The notes beneath the pieces were generated by a model. That model searched no databases and was not told where the DNA came from. It worked only from the letters and a program-made list of their open reading frames with translations. Source: a virus (Duplodnaviria > Caudoviricetes). From it: a stretch of 64,000 nucleotides of DNA. This document shows, in pieces, positions 10,751-20,711 of this stretch (within the stretch, counting starts at the first letter, position 1; each line of letters starts with the position of its first letter). The translations under genes were made by a program, and so were the position numbers. The DNA lies in the IMG/VR virus record IMGVR_UViG_3300033979_000663, positions 13,749 to 77,748 of that record. The stretch is one strand, 5' to 3'.

Positions 10751-11139
10751 AAAACTTGCTTTACCAAATGCTTGCCAAAAAGTTCCATCTACCGTAATAG
10801 ATCCACCAGCATTACTAATAGGAATTGGATTGCATCGTTTAAAATCATAATTTAAATAAATAACTGCTTTAATATTGCGATCGCATTATGATAATCCCTA
10901 TCAAGATGTGCTGTCATCGCTTTGTTGATGTAATAAAATCCGTCTTCTCTTTTTTCGATTCTGCCATTGTTTTTATTGCCAAATCCATCAAGCAATGATT
11001 GGAGTTTTTGAGTTAAATTGTCCATAATTACATGATAAATATTTTTGTAGATAGGGTTAATTTAATTGGATTAAGTTAGCTATTGCGATCATTGTGGAAT
11101 TATAGCGATCGCAATAGCTAATACGAGGGCTGACATAAA

Positions 11140-11574
11140 TTAAATTAGTTCCTCAACTTCATTAACTAAAACCATTCCAAAACCAGCTAATTCAGCCGGA
11201 CTCATCCAAACTTGAGACTGGTAATTTGGGTCTAGTTGTGTCTTTTGTAATAAAACAATCAACTTGTTATAACTATCTTCTGACAAAACATTATCACCAC
11301 CTTTTAAAACACCTAAATAAGCGATTATATTAGAGATATTTCCCTGATTAAATGCTTCCAAGACTCTGCTATAAGTGAGGGTTTCAGAAATCTTAAAAGC
11401 TTCTTCTTTCGTAACCACAGCTAACACTTGTTGCAGAGTAGGTAACACAGCTATTTGTTGCTGTGGCTCAGGATTGTTAACTAATACCTTATCATTAAGT
11501 TTGCCTGTAAGTTCCCTAGCAGATAATTTAGGGAACTTTTTAATTTGAGTAAGCAACCATTGTTGTTTGTTCAT
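11140..11574 (-). CDS. Hypothetical phage protein (tail-fibre-associated cluster)
   Basis: Tightly coupled to the two upstream genes. Confidence 0.6.
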   Translation of the reverse strand: MNKQQWLLTQIKKFPKLSARELTGKLNDKVLVNNPEPQQQIAVLPTLQQVLAVVTKEEAFKISETLTYSRVLEAFNQGNISNIIAYLGVLKGGDNVLSEDSYNKLIVLLQKTQLDPNYQSQVWMSPAELAGFGMVLVNEVEELI

Positions 11575-11576
11575 AA

Positions 11577-12365
11577 TTATACAATTGCTGTGTTGTAGGC
11601 ATCAATAAGAGCGGTTACGCGGGTGTCTAGCAGGGCGAGATCCAGGGATTCGCCAATAGAGTAGAAGGCTATGCGAGCGTTAACAAAGCTGTCAACGGCT
11701 GTAAATCTTTGAGCAAAAACAACAACGGTGCGAGTGGATGTTGCAAATTGAGATACGTTTGCAAAACTTGATATAGAACCTCCAGACCTGACTAATGCAG
11801 TTGAGCCGTCGCTGCGGGAAACTCCCTTAAATCCAGTTGTGTTGCCTTGCCCTGCAACAGTTAGTACGTTAGACAAATTGCTTACATAGGCAAGTATATT
11901 ATTGGTACTATTCATGCCAAGCCCTGTATATCCACTTTCGCCTCCACCAATGTAGTAACGTGATCCGCTAATACTATTACCAGTAGACACATACACTGAT
12001 TGATGTCTGCTATTTTGCGGATCACTTGCGTTCTGCCGATTGCTATCCAAATACTTCGTACTCCCATCTCCCGCCAGCCCGCTCCTTCTGTTGTAATCGC
12101 CAGCTACAAAGTTAAAATTAGTTGGAGCAGTACCAACAAGCGGAACTAAAGCACCAGCCAGCGTTCTAGCTCCTGCCAAGATGCAAGATGTCTTAATTGC
12201 ACTCCAAATACCATCTACCTTACACCCAATTACAAAGTTATTAATAGCACTTTTGACACCTTCTTCAAGAGCCGCATTGTCAGCAGCTTCGACTCTTGTT
12301 ATATAAGCTTGTGCATCAGTGTCAAACTTCCTACCCAGCACCACTATTCTAGTAGAATTTCTCAT
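11577..12365 (-). CDS. Putative virion / tail-fibre-like protein
   Basis: DTDAQAYITRVEAAD...AINNFVIGCK.DGIW...GDGSTKYLDSN resembles a freshwater phage structural family; Gly/Ser/Thr-rich. Confidence 0.6.
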   Translation of the reverse strand: MRNSTRIVVLGRKFDTDAQAYITRVEAADNAALEEGVKSAINNFVIGCKVDGIWSAIKTSCILAGARTLAGALVPLVGTAPTNFNFVAGDYNRRSGLAGDGSTKYLDSNRQNASDPQNSRHQSVYVSTGNSISGSRYYIGGGESGYTGLGMNSTNNILAYVSNLSNVLTVAGQGNTTGFKGVSRSDGSTALVRSGGSISSFANVSQFATSTRTVVVFAQRFTAVDSFVNARIAFYSIGESLDLALLDTRVTALIDAYNTAIV

Positions 12366-12976
12366 GGTGCAAAACTCCTAGCCCGGATAGTTCCTGTTTC
12401 ACTATTTGCCGCAGGAGTGAAAGCACTGTTAGTAACTAGATACCCCCACAAGCTGGTGCTGCTTAATATAAACAGTTGATTTAAGTCCCTGACAACACCA
12501 ACAACCTTGCCTCCTCCTTGAGCTAGACTTACTGACACATTAAAACCCACAGGGTCTAAAACAGGGTCAGAGCCAATTGTCCAAATACTATTATCTGCAA
12601 TATTTGTAGGTGCTGTAGGGTATAAATAAACCCTGAAAGAAGACATACCTGATGGTACAGCAGATAGATTAAGGGATATTTCAAAATAAGAAAGAAAAAT
12701 TCCTTTACCTGCCTGACCTATATTTTGAAGTTCAAACAGCCCCCCATAAACGTCAAAATTTGGTGCAGTAGCTGTGTAGGCTGTAGTATTAGCTGCCCTG
12801 GTAATAGTTGCAGTAGACAAGTACGCTAGTCCTTGAGGTGCAGTAGCCATGCTTACAGGCTGAGTTACACCACTACCATCTACTAATAATCTACCATCAG
12901 AATTAACTAAAATACTTCTAGGCTGACCATTTGGTGTAACGCCAGAAATCAAATTATAATTGAAAATTTGCTGCAT
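12362..12976 (-). CDS. Putative virion protein, paralogue of 55854-56303
   Basis: TRAANTTAY...FRVYLY...ADN...PVGF...LWGYLVT...FTP motifs are shared with the 55.9-kb gene. Confidence 0.6.
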   Translation of the reverse strand: MQQIFNYNLISGVTPNGQPRSILVNSDGRLLVDGSGVTQPVSMATAPQGLAYLSTATITRAANTTAYTATAPNFDVYGGLFELQNIGQAGKGIFLSYFEISLNLSAVPSGMSSFRVYLYPTAPTNIADNSIWTIGSDPVLDPVGFNVSVSLAQGGGKVVGVVRDLNQLFILSSTSLWGYLVTNSAFTPAANSETGTIRARSFAP

Positions 12977-13067
12977 ATTAATTGATATTTAAAATTACTA
13001 ACACCAGTAACAATATCTGTCAGTCCAACATAATTATTCTATAGCAGAATCTACTGCTATGCAACTA

Positions 13068-13424
13068 TTACCTTGCAATTTCCACAGGAATATATTTCTC
13101 ATCCTTGTAGGAGAAAACCTTATCAGGTCGAGATTTTAACCTCATCCCAGATTTTAGTTGCTCTACAATTTCTTCTGTCGCATCTGCTTTTAGAGTAGGC
13201 AGGTATAGCAGTAGGTACGAGTGACCAATAATAGAACAACTGCTATCAGAAATGAGGGTGATTTTGTCAGCGAATAAACCAAGGAAAGTATCGTTACTTT
13301 TATTGCACAGCTTTCTGACTGCGCCCATTTTTCTGGAAAACTGGACTTGGACAAAGACCACATCTGTACCCACGTTGTTATAAAGTACGTTGCCTAAGCT
13401 GGTAGGCAAGAATGAAATTTGCAT
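13068..13424 (-). CDS. Hypothetical protein
   Basis: 118-aa ATG ORF divergent from a small regulator. Confidence 0.5.
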   Translation of the reverse strand: MQISFLPTSLGNVLYNNVGTDVVFVQVQFSRKMGAVRKLCNKSNDTFLGLFADKITLISDSSCSIIGHSYLLLYLPTLKADATEEIVEQLKSGMRLKSRPDKVFSYKDEKYIPVEIAR

Positions 13425-13539
13425 ATTTCTGTTGTTGAAAAACTTGAATTGGACTTAAAACAACTCTATCTATAACACTATTGAATTATTTAAAGCAAGT
13501 CCATTACAATGGTTTTTTACCGTATATCAACATCCAACC

Positions 13540-13731
13540 ATGAGAGCATCAACAGCAGTCGGCGTAAGTCCAGAAATTAAAACAGCATTACAAAAAACAT
13601 CAGTTGAGGTCAGGCTAACAGTTAAGGAAACTATTTATATGGGCGTGAAGGCGATCGCGCTGCTGAGTGATGAACAAAAAGAAGCATTAGCAAATGAAGT
13701 CCATAAGTTACAGATGGCCGGAGATATTTAA
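13540..13731 (+). CDS. Small ribbon-helix-helix-like regulator
   Basis: TAVGVSPEIKTALQKTSVEVRLTVKETI has a beta-helix-helix pattern; followed by a terminator. Confidence 0.45.
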   Translation: MRASTAVGVSPEIKTALQKTSVEVRLTVKETIYMGVKAIALLSDEQKEALANEVHKLQMAGDI

Positions 13732-13748
13732 TATTAGTTTTGCAAAAG

Positions 13749-13779
13749 AAAAAGCCCTGGATAATTCCGGGGCTTTTTT
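13749..13779. terminator. Bidirectional intrinsic terminator
   Basis: AAAAAGCCCTGGATAATTCCGGGGCTTTTTT. Confidence 0.75.
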
Positions 13780-13801
13780 GTATGTTCGAGTCGAATATTT
13801 A

Positions 13802-14089
13802 TTACTCAGGTAAAGGTTGAACTCTCCATCCGTCAAACCAATCTGGATTCTTAGTGGCAAAATCTAGATCAGACTTATACTTTTCGTCATTCAAGAAATA
13901 TGCTTTATTCGCCATCCCCAATGAATCCAAATTATCTTCATCCTTTAGCCTCAAACACTCCCTTGGTGTAGTCCAGTTCTGTCAACCCTCGATGCATGGG
14001 GATACAACCAATGGTATAGGAAAAGCCTTTGAACTTGTTATTAATAAAGACTTCTCTTTGCGCCAAGGTAACGGGTATCTGGCATTCAT
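13802..14089 (-). pseudogene. ORF interrupted by one in-frame TGA (13984-13982)
   Basis: MNARYPLPW...SPCIEG*QNWTTPRECL...WRVQPLPE* in a single frame, translated by hand. Confidence 0.35.
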
Positions 14090-14243
14090 CCCCGTAATGC
14101 CCCTACAAGCCGCAATCAAGGCTAAAGGTACTTTGGATTTGGTCTATGTTTGCGACAGTAACCAGTTTTACTCCTGGTTTGGGTTTTCACCCCTTGTTTT
14201 TTACAGGTCGGACAAAGCTTATATTTCTTGTCCTTCCAGGTTC

Positions 14244-14543
14244 TTACTTTTTTGGTTCACCTCTACTGCATATCACTTGATGCAGAAACGGGACTAAAGC
14301 AAATGCTGTTTCTTCTGTCAGCGCGTCCAGTACCACAATTAGTTTTACTGCTTCGTCATCCATGCCCTGATTCCACATCGGTTTCTCGAAATAGCAGCTT
14401 GCACAATAGGCGATCGCAAACCCTAGCGTATCTTTACCGACTTTATCGAGTGTGCTACCAAATTCCTGTTCAATCTTTTCTAGGATTTCGTGGTCAGGGT
14501 AGTCTTCGGGAACTGATACGTAATATCCGATTGGTTTAGTCAT
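14244..14543 (-). CDS. Hypothetical protein; candidate -1 frameshift extension to 14122 adds a zinc finger
   Basis: Ends CCA AAA AAG TAA; the -1 frame reads VRTWKDKKYKLCPTCKKQGVKTQTRSKTGYCRKHRPNPKYL*. Confidence 0.65.
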   Translation of the reverse strand: MTKPIGYYVSVPEDYPDHEILEKIEQEFGSTLDKVGKDTLGFAIAYCASCYFEKPMWNQGMDDEAVKLIVVLDALTEETAFALVPFLHQVICSRGEPKK

Positions 14544-14544
14544 T

Positions 14545-14823
14545 TTAGTCCCTCTTTTTTTTCCACCTCTGGGATTTCTGTTCTGCTTTTTTGTTGATTT
14601 TTTCCAAAATACTCTTTACCTTCTCGCCTTCTTCTCTCGTAGGTATTCCATTAACTCTAAAAATTACAACCCATCTAGCACCGCTTCCATCAGTTCCCCA
14701 GAGTTCCCATTTTTCAGAAATATAGGGTTTTATCTGAGTGTCATACAGATCCCATATACTATCCCCGTCATGAACCCCAAATGCTATTTTGCAATCAGAC
14801 CAAGGCACGTCATTTTTAATCAT
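14545..14823 (-). CDS. Hypothetical protein
   Basis: 92 aa, 1 bp from the next gene. Confidence 0.6.
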   Translation of the reverse strand: MIKNDVPWSDCKIAFGVHDGDSIWDLYDTQIKPYISEKWELWGTDGSGARWVVIFRVNGIPTREEGEKVKSILEKINKKAEQKSQRWKKKRD

Positions 14824-14863
14824 GTTGTTTCTGGTGTGTGTTGTGAGGCAATTTGTGCGATCG

Positions 14864-15058
14864 CTATTTACCGCGATGATTTGTTCCGTTAAATAGCTTG
14901 TTAAATTCTGCTATATTCTCTGGCTTGATGGAGTACAGGATCTCGTTAACAGCCTCGTCTGCCTCCTCAAACTCTTGACTATCGCAGTGAAAGGATTCTC
15001 TGCGATCGAGGGCTTTCTTTACCTTTGCCACTATCTCTTGAACTGATGTATAGGTCAT
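14864..15058 (-). CDS. Hypothetical protein
   Basis: 64 aa, preceded by a GGAG RBS. Confidence 0.6.
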   Translation of the reverse strand: MTYTSVQEIVAKVKKALDRRESFHCDSQEFEEADEAVNEILYSIKPENIAEFNKLFNGTNHRGK

Positions 15059-15191
15059 TGTTTTACTCCGTTGGATGCAATCATCTTACTACCGTTTACT
15101 ACCGTTTGACAATAAGTAATTACATATTAATTTTATACGCCCTGCTTTTAACATACACTTTCATAATCGAGTCGAACATTACGGCAGAATC

Positions 15192-15345
15192 AGGGTTTTG
15201 AGTCCGTTTCTACTATCAGAGCTATTGGCTCTGTAAAAGGGGGGAAGATTTTAACCAAAGAGGAAAATTTCTCCCTCCTGGTAAAAGAAAAAATTGGTTT
15301 AATTGGAATCTATCTGCTCTGATAGTAGAAACGCTTCAAAACCCT
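15192..15345. repeat. About 30-bp imperfect inverted repeat
   Basis: AGGGTTTTGAgtcCGTTTCTACTATCAGAGC (15192-15222) and GCTCTGATAGTAGAAACGctTCAAAACCCT (15316-15345). Confidence 0.85.
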
Positions 15346-15475
15346 TGTTTTGACTGGGTTCTAGGTACTTAGGTATTTTGGCTTGACTTAGTTATAAAAA
15401 TGCTTTAAGATTTTGACAAATAAAAAACCCCAGACGTGAATCCGGGGCAGTTAATATAGAAATAAAACCTTTAAT

Positions 15476-16327
15476 ATGCAAACAATAACAGAAAAACTCC
15501 TGATTAGTCAACCCCAAAAGAACGAAAAGTTTAAAAAGATTGAAGATTACGTCAAAAACCTGCGTGATGAACAGATCCTAAGCCACATGGGCATGGCGAA
15601 CTATTACCTTGTTTGCATCTTCACCCAGTACGAACTCTTTGATAAAGAGACAAGGGATTTTTGGGACTTGAGAGGCTTGCTGAATAATGACAACATCCAA
15701 GCAAAGATAAACCTGGAAAAGAGTTCAGAGTATATCAAAGAGCATTGGGCTGGTTCATTTTTCTCTGTTCCCAAGATAAGAGAATACAGAGATTGGCTGC
15801 GATCGCTTGGTTTGTATCAATATCCTGACCAACCAACAGGAGCTAGAAACGGCGGTAAAGAGCAGACAGTGTACGAACCACCACTAATGGAAAAGGTTGA
15901 TATTATTGGACTGGTTTATCTGTTCAAGGTCTGCCAGAACGAATTTAACGATCGCTACCCCACTGGACAAAGAACCTTGCGTTACAGCAAGGGTAAGACC
16001 ATGCCTAGCATAATTCCTAATCATGGTGGGTATTTCGTTCAGAAATTGTATGATGAATTAAACTTCTACTTTGCTGAAGCGGTAGAGGAAGATGAGCAGC
16101 TAACAGAAGTCTACAGAGAGCATTACGAAATCGAAGATCCATCGGAGCATGACTATCTTGGAGATAGAAGACTTCCTTTGTATGTCAAAATCGCTGAACC
16201 TTTGGTGGTGGCAATGTATGAGTACGGAAGAAGATCGTTCCGTAAAGTCAAGAAATTCGTTGTGGAGTTACGGGAAGATTTATTTGGTGGCTATGCAGAC
16301 GATCAAATCGAAGCAATTCCTTACTAA
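15476..16327 (+). CDS. Hypothetical protein, possible replication initiator
   Basis: Stand-alone gene between two long palindrome-rich non-coding regions, with a wHTH-like segment FSVPKIREYRDWLRSLGLY. Function is inference. Confidence 0.4.
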   Translation: MQTITEKLLISQPQKNEKFKKIEDYVKNLRDEQILSHMGMANYYLVCIFTQYELFDKETRDFWDLRGLLNNDNIQAKINLEKSSEYIKEHWAGSFFSVPKIREYRDWLRSLGLYQYPDQPTGARNGGKEQTVYEPPLMEKVDIIGLVYLFKVCQNEFNDRYPTGQRTLRYSKGKTMPSIIPNHGGYFVQKLYDELNFYFAEAVEEDEQLTEVYREHYEIEDPSEHDYLGDRRLPLYVKIAEPLVVAMYEYGRRSFRKVKKFVVELREDLFGGYADDQIEAIPY

Positions 16328-16828
16328 ATTCAAATGTTCGACTCGATTATTTCGGGCGAGTAAGTAGTAATTGTTAAATATCAAACATGGCGTGACACCA
16401 TGATTCAATCACGGTAAGAGGAAATTAGCTAGTTAACCATTTGCTAACTTTCGTTAACTAACGATCTACTTTACCCATGGCATACATACCACTGGTGAAA
16501 AGCGGTCGAATTTCACCGGATGTTATGATATATTTTACCTATAGCTTGTAAGCTATTTAGAATTAAGAGTACCTGGAGAAATACCATCTTGGCAAACTAT
16601 TCCTCTGTAAATCAAGATAGTCACTGCGTCAAGAAAATATAATACTCTTAATTCAGTTTGCTTCTTTGTGCGAGAACCAAGCACGGCAAACACTTATTAA
16701 GTGCGCGAGGAATTTATCTTCGTGCATTGGTTGATACGCCTTGGTTGAAAGAAAAAAATCTCAACTTATGTATTTGTTAGCATTAGTTAGCAAAAAAGTA
16801 TCGGTTGAGTCTAATTTGCTTTACTTTG

Positions 16829-16870
16829 TTGACACTATCTATAATTTGGGATATACTAAATTATAGATAG
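16829..16870 (+). promoter_or_regulatory. Sigma70-type promoter overlapped by a 13-bp inverted repeat
   Basis: TTGACA-17bp-TATACT; CTATCTATAATTT-N10-AAATTATAGATAG. Confidence 0.7.
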
Positions 16871-16884
16871 CCAAGGAGGCAACG

Positions 16885-17076
16885 ATGTCTAATACATGGA
16901 GTTTGAGCTTAAAAGGATGGGCTGACAATTGTGGACATTGCAAAGATCCTGAGTCTGCATTACTTAAAGTCATCCTTGAGAAGTTGGCGGATAAGGATTT
17001 GCAAGGGCTGGCAATTATTGAGCAGCTATTAAATAAAGGCGATGATGAGTTGGCGAACTTTTTAGATCCAGAATAA
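16885..17076 (+). CDS. Hypothetical protein
   Basis: AAGGAGG RBS, downstream of the promoter. Confidence 0.65.
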   Translation: MSNTWSLSLKGWADNCGHCKDPESALLKVILEKLADKDLQGLAIIEQLLNKGDDELANFLDPE

Positions 17077-17083
17077 GCAGGTT

Positions 17084-17290
17084 ATGAAAGTCATAGCTTT
17101 TGATAAAGACAAATTAAAGCTAGTGGGTAAAGCTATCAATCCCCACTCCTATACCATAATCTCAAAACAGATTGGCAATATTACACTCTATGAATTGGTT
17201 TTCTGTTTAACGACTTATCCCGCATTGCGATCGCAATTACTAGCTGAACTCGCAAAGCATAATTGGGGTTTCCTGAAGGTCGAATTATGA
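17084..17290 (+). CDS. Hypothetical protein
   Basis: Operonic; ATGA overlap with the PadR gene. Confidence 0.6.
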   Translation: MKVIAFDKDKLKLVGKAINPHSYTIISKQIGNITLYELVFCLTTYPALRSQLLAELAKHNWGFLKVEL

Positions 17291-17580
17291 AACTTTCCCC
17301 ATCATCAGAATTAATATTAAGAGCGATCGCCCACCGAGAAATGTTTGGGCAAGAAATTGCCAGAACGATACAGGAGTGTTGCGATCGCAGAATTAGGGAG
17401 CAGTCCTTGTACCGTTCTCTGAAACAACTACACCAAGAAAAGTTAGTGACAAAAAGAACTGAAGTATCTAACGGTACTGTCCGTGACTACTATCGGCTAA
17501 CCGAAGCAGGGACTAATGCCCTAAACAAAATTGATGAAGGGCATGAGAAATTGAAGAATTGGGAGCAAAAATATGAATAG
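17287..17580 (+). CDS. PadR-family transcriptional regulator
   Basis: LILRAI...EMFGQEIA...SLYRSLKQL...LV...R.YYRLTEAG. Confidence 0.85.
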   Translation: MKLSPSSELILRAIAHREMFGQEIARTIQECCDRRIREQSLYRSLKQLHQEKLVTKRTEVSNGTVRDYYRLTEAGTNALNKIDEGHEKLKNWEQKYE

Positions 17581-17633
17581 CCCATTTCACCCAATGGCGC
17601 ATCCACTCGCCACATTTAACGAAGAGTAGTTAA

Positions 17634-17672
17634 AACCCCAGGACAGGATACGTCCTGGGGTTATTTTTTTTT
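17634..17672 (+). terminator. Intrinsic terminator
   Basis: AACCCCAGGAC-AGGATAC-GTCCTGGGGTT followed by a T run. Confidence 0.8.
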
Positions 17673-17689
17673 GATGTTCGAGTCGAATA

Positions 17690-18886
17690 TCAATAATCTT
17701 CATCAACAAATTCAGTCAATTCTTGTCCATCTGAATACAGCCCAGTCGCTCCACCAATTCTCTCTATCCACTTAGCCAGCAATCCCATATTTTCTGGTTT
17801 TGCTAAATCCCTAACTAAACTTGCTGGGTCTGCTAAGTATCTCAGGTTTTTGTATGCACTACTAGCTATAGGCTTGACCGTTCTTTCTGGTCTAGCGCGA
17901 ATGTAATCTATCCCATACTGTCTGGCTCTACGCAGTATCTCCCTGCGAGATACCACCTTGTTCCCCTGTTCCTCTAATAAATCAGCAGCTTTATCTGCTT
18001 CAATCCCAAGTTGCTTAACATCCTTGAATGCTTTATTTAACTTAGTAATTGGATTAGCTTGCGCGATCGCTTCCCCTGCCACTTGTTTTCCTTGCACAGC
18101 AGCACTAGCACCAGCCGCTTGTAATAATTGTCTTCTGGTTAAACTCACTGATTTAGCTATTTTTACTCCGGTTCTTGCAGCCATACCAGCTAATTTAGGC
18201 GATCGCTTCAACACAGCTTTTGCTACTTTTTGTCCCTGCTTACCGGTTGCCTTCCTAATTAATATCTTGGCGATATTCTTTTTCCGTTCTAGCGTGGCGG
18301 CGTTGTTCTTCCGTGACCATTCAGCAGCTTTTTTAATGAAGCTTTTTTGATCTTGTACTTTAGTTCTGGGCTTGACAGTTTTGGTTTTCCTTCTGACTAC
18401 CTTGGGTTTAGACTTGCTTCTTGATTTTGGTTGTCCCCCACTTTGTACGACCTCAACTTTTGGTTGACCGCTAGGTGGATTTGGTTTAACTTCTACTTTT
18501 GCTGGTGGTGATAATTTGGGTTGTCGAGGGATTGCTGTCTGGATGGGAACTATTGAATTTGGCTGAATCTCTGCTCTAGTTGGTATTAACTTAGGTTTAG
18601 CAGGTATATCGGGTTGATTTACTCTAGGTGGAGGAGACGACGCTGCCGTTATTTGTGGAGTTTTTATTGGTGCAGTAGAACGGGACACAGGAGTATTGCG
18701 TACCTGAATACCTAAATCAGGTGGGCGAGACGCGCTACCGATTGTCGGCATTTTCTTCCTTAACGCTAAATATCCCAACCCGCCTAAAGTGGCTACGCCA
18801 CCCACACCGAGAGCAATATTTAATAGTCTTTTTTTACGTTTCTTCTTGTCTTTTGCTCCTAAAGTTCTTGGCATACTCCATCCCAT
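17690..18886 (-). CDS. Very basic Pro/Lys-rich phage protein with N-terminal hydrophobic helix
   Basis: RTLGAKDKKKRKKR, then LLNIALGVGGVATLGGLGYLAL; low complexity. Confidence 0.6.
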   Translation of the reverse strand: MGWSMPRTLGAKDKKKRKKRLLNIALGVGGVATLGGLGYLALRKKMPTIGSASRPPDLGIQVRNTPVSRSTAPIKTPQITAASSPPPRVNQPDIPAKPKLIPTRAEIQPNSIVPIQTAIPRQPKLSPPAKVEVKPNPPSGQPKVEVVQSGGQPKSRSKSKPKVVRRKTKTVKPRTKVQDQKSFIKKAAEWSRKNNAATLERKKNIAKILIRKATGKQGQKVAKAVLKRSPKLAGMAARTGVKIAKSVSLTRRQLLQAAGASAAVQGKQVAGEAIAQANPITKLNKAFKDVKQLGIEADKAADLLEEQGNKVVSRREILRRARQYGIDYIRARPERTVKPIASSAYKNLRYLADPASLVRDLAKPENMGLLAKWIERIGGATGLYSDGQELTEFVDEDY

Positions 18887-18954
18887 CCCTACCTTTTAGT
18901 GATTCCCTATCTGGGGAATTAAAAATAAGACAACCATGAGCTATAAGCTTTAAT

Positions 18955-19839
18955 ATGTATTTAAGTAAGGTAAATAGGGAATTTTTGCGATCGCTGATGG
19001 GAGAACAATCAGTTTTAGTAGATAGGATAACCCCACACCACATGGGGGAGTTTCTTGTTTTCTCTTGTGAGTCAAAGCAGGATGCAGATGCAATATCAGC
19101 AGTCATCAAAAAGGATTATGAAAATCTGGTAGCGATGATTGGGAATTACCCAATTAAAGTTGTCATTAAAGAAAAAAGAGTGGCAACAAAATACAAGATC
19201 GTTTACACTATTCCTTCACGTAAAGAAGTAAGGATAAATATGACCACAACTACTGAATATACTTTAGAGAATTTCACCGACCCCCTCAAGGAAGCATTAG
19301 GTGGAGCATCTGATGAAGAGATTTATGCCACACCACTTTCGGCTCATACTTTAAGTGCGATCGCTGGTGATGTGGTGGCTAACAGAATGAGAAGTGCAAC
19401 CACAACTGCTTCCCCTGCTCCAGTTACTCCTAAAGAAGAATCTAAATCTGAAGAAGTGCCAGTTACTAAAACTCCTGTTCAAATCCTGAAAGACTTGGGA
19501 TTACCTTATCAATTAGGTAAGGTTAAAAAGCTGGTAGCTGCGGTTCGTGTTCCCACTAAGTTAACCGACAAAACCAAAGCTTCCGAACTCAAAGGAATTA
19601 AAGCTTTCCTCCAAGAAGCGTTGACAGCTTTGACCACAAAGGAGGACAAGCAAATTTATATATTGAAGGCGATCGCTGAGGAAACCAAAGCTGGTAATAT
19701 CTACCTTGATTCCTTGATTCCTTGCTTCAAAGAATTAGATACGAAGGATGAACATAAAGAAAGCCGTCGAGCTAAATTACTCGAAGCGGCTAAATCTTTT
19801 AAATCTTTATTGGGTGAAGAAGCGGTGGAGGCGGCATGA
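18955..19839 (+). CDS. Hypothetical protein (possible internal start MTTTTEY at about 19240)
   Basis: 294 aa; internal AAGGA-N5-ATG. Confidence 0.55.
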   Translation: MYLSKVNREFLRSLMGEQSVLVDRITPHHMGEFLVFSCESKQDADAISAVIKKDYENLVAMIGNYPIKVVIKEKRVATKYKIVYTIPSRKEVRINMTTTTEYTLENFTDPLKEALGGASDEEIYATPLSAHTLSAIAGDVVANRMRSATTTASPAPVTPKEESKSEEVPVTKTPVQILKDLGLPYQLGKVKKLVAAVRVPTKLTDKTKASELKGIKAFLQEALTALTTKEDKQIYILKAIAEETKAGNIYLDSLIPCFKELDTKDEHKESRRAKLLEAAKSFKSLLGEEAVEAA

Positions 19840-20054
19840 TAGAAGTTCCATCTCAACAAAGACCACCTATATCTGGTACTGTTTCTGCTCCAGTATTAAG
19901 ACCCGACTTTGATGATTTGATTGCTAACCAAAAAGAGATTATTGAGAAGATTCAAATTTTGGCAATTAATGAAAACATTAAAGATGCCGATAATTTGCTT
20001 GAACAAATTAAGGTGCTAGGTGACTTGCTTTACCTGAAAACAATGAAAGTTTAG
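19836..20054 (+). CDS. Hypothetical protein
   Basis: GGAGG RBS and ATGA overlap. Confidence 0.6.
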   Translation: MIEVPSQQRPPISGTVSAPVLRPDFDDLIANQKEIIEKIQILAINENIKDADNLLEQIKVLGDLLYLKTMKV

Positions 20055-20192
20055 TCAAGGCTGGAGCGTCTTTTCCTCACCCTGTATTAATAAGCGATCA
20101 CTCCCATATCCGATTATGGAGCGATCGCAAGCAGAACGCATAAAAACCCGCCATTGCTGACGGGTTAAATTATCATTTCTTGTCTTACTTTG

Positions 20193-20711
20193 CTAAATTG
20201 CTGCTGGAAATTTTTGAAACAATGACTTTCGCCATGCTGGGGAATCGCCAGCATCACTCCTCCAATAGGAAGTGTGCATATAAGAGACGACTAATCCTGC
20301 TTCTTTGTCTACGGCAATATGAGCTATGGACGCATCTGAAAGCGAGTTTGATGATACACGCTCTGCCTCCAGGAGATGTGTTCCCGGAATTGGCTCTCCA
20401 GCAAATTGTTTCCAATCAACTTCGTAAACCGTCCAAACTCTATTTTCCCATTCTCTAGGCTTACCTTCGTTGTATCTATCTTGCCATTTTTTCTCTGCCT
20501 CGTTCCAAGGCCTTTTTTGGTGTCCTATTAATTTAGCGGGACAACCGAAAATAGATGACAACTGAGGATTATTTGATAGAACTAGGTTTTCTCCTTTTGC
20601 AAAGAGAAATTCATCTCCTTGCATCGTTTTGACTGGATTACTGTGGTTTGTATCTGTTAAGAGAATCATTGCTTGCTCCTTGTTGAGTTTTAACTGCGTT
20701 GCTGTCACCAA
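20193..20711 (-). CDS. Hypothetical protein
   Basis: 172-aa ORF; start uncertain. Confidence 0.5.
   Translation of the reverse strand: MVTATQLKLNKEQAMILLTDTNHSNPVKTMQGDEFLFAKGENLVLSNNPQLSSIFGCPAKLIGHQKRPWNEAEKKWQDRYNEGKPREWENRVWTVYEVDWKQFAGEPIPGTHLLEAERVSSNSLSDASIAHIAVDKEAGLVVSYMHTSYWRSDAGDSPAWRKSLFQKFPAAI

Noticed and set aside
11577-12365. Diversity-generating retroelement target
   Set aside because: No reverse transcriptase or adenine-variant template repeat seen in the window.
13854-14539. Plus-strand ORFs of 147 and 103 aa
   Set aside because: Antisense to a minus-strand gene run; no RBS and no protein-like features.
14545-14565. A AAA AAG near the end of the 92-aa gene as another frameshift
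   Set aside because: The -1 frame stops within a few codons, and the next gene is in the +1 frame.
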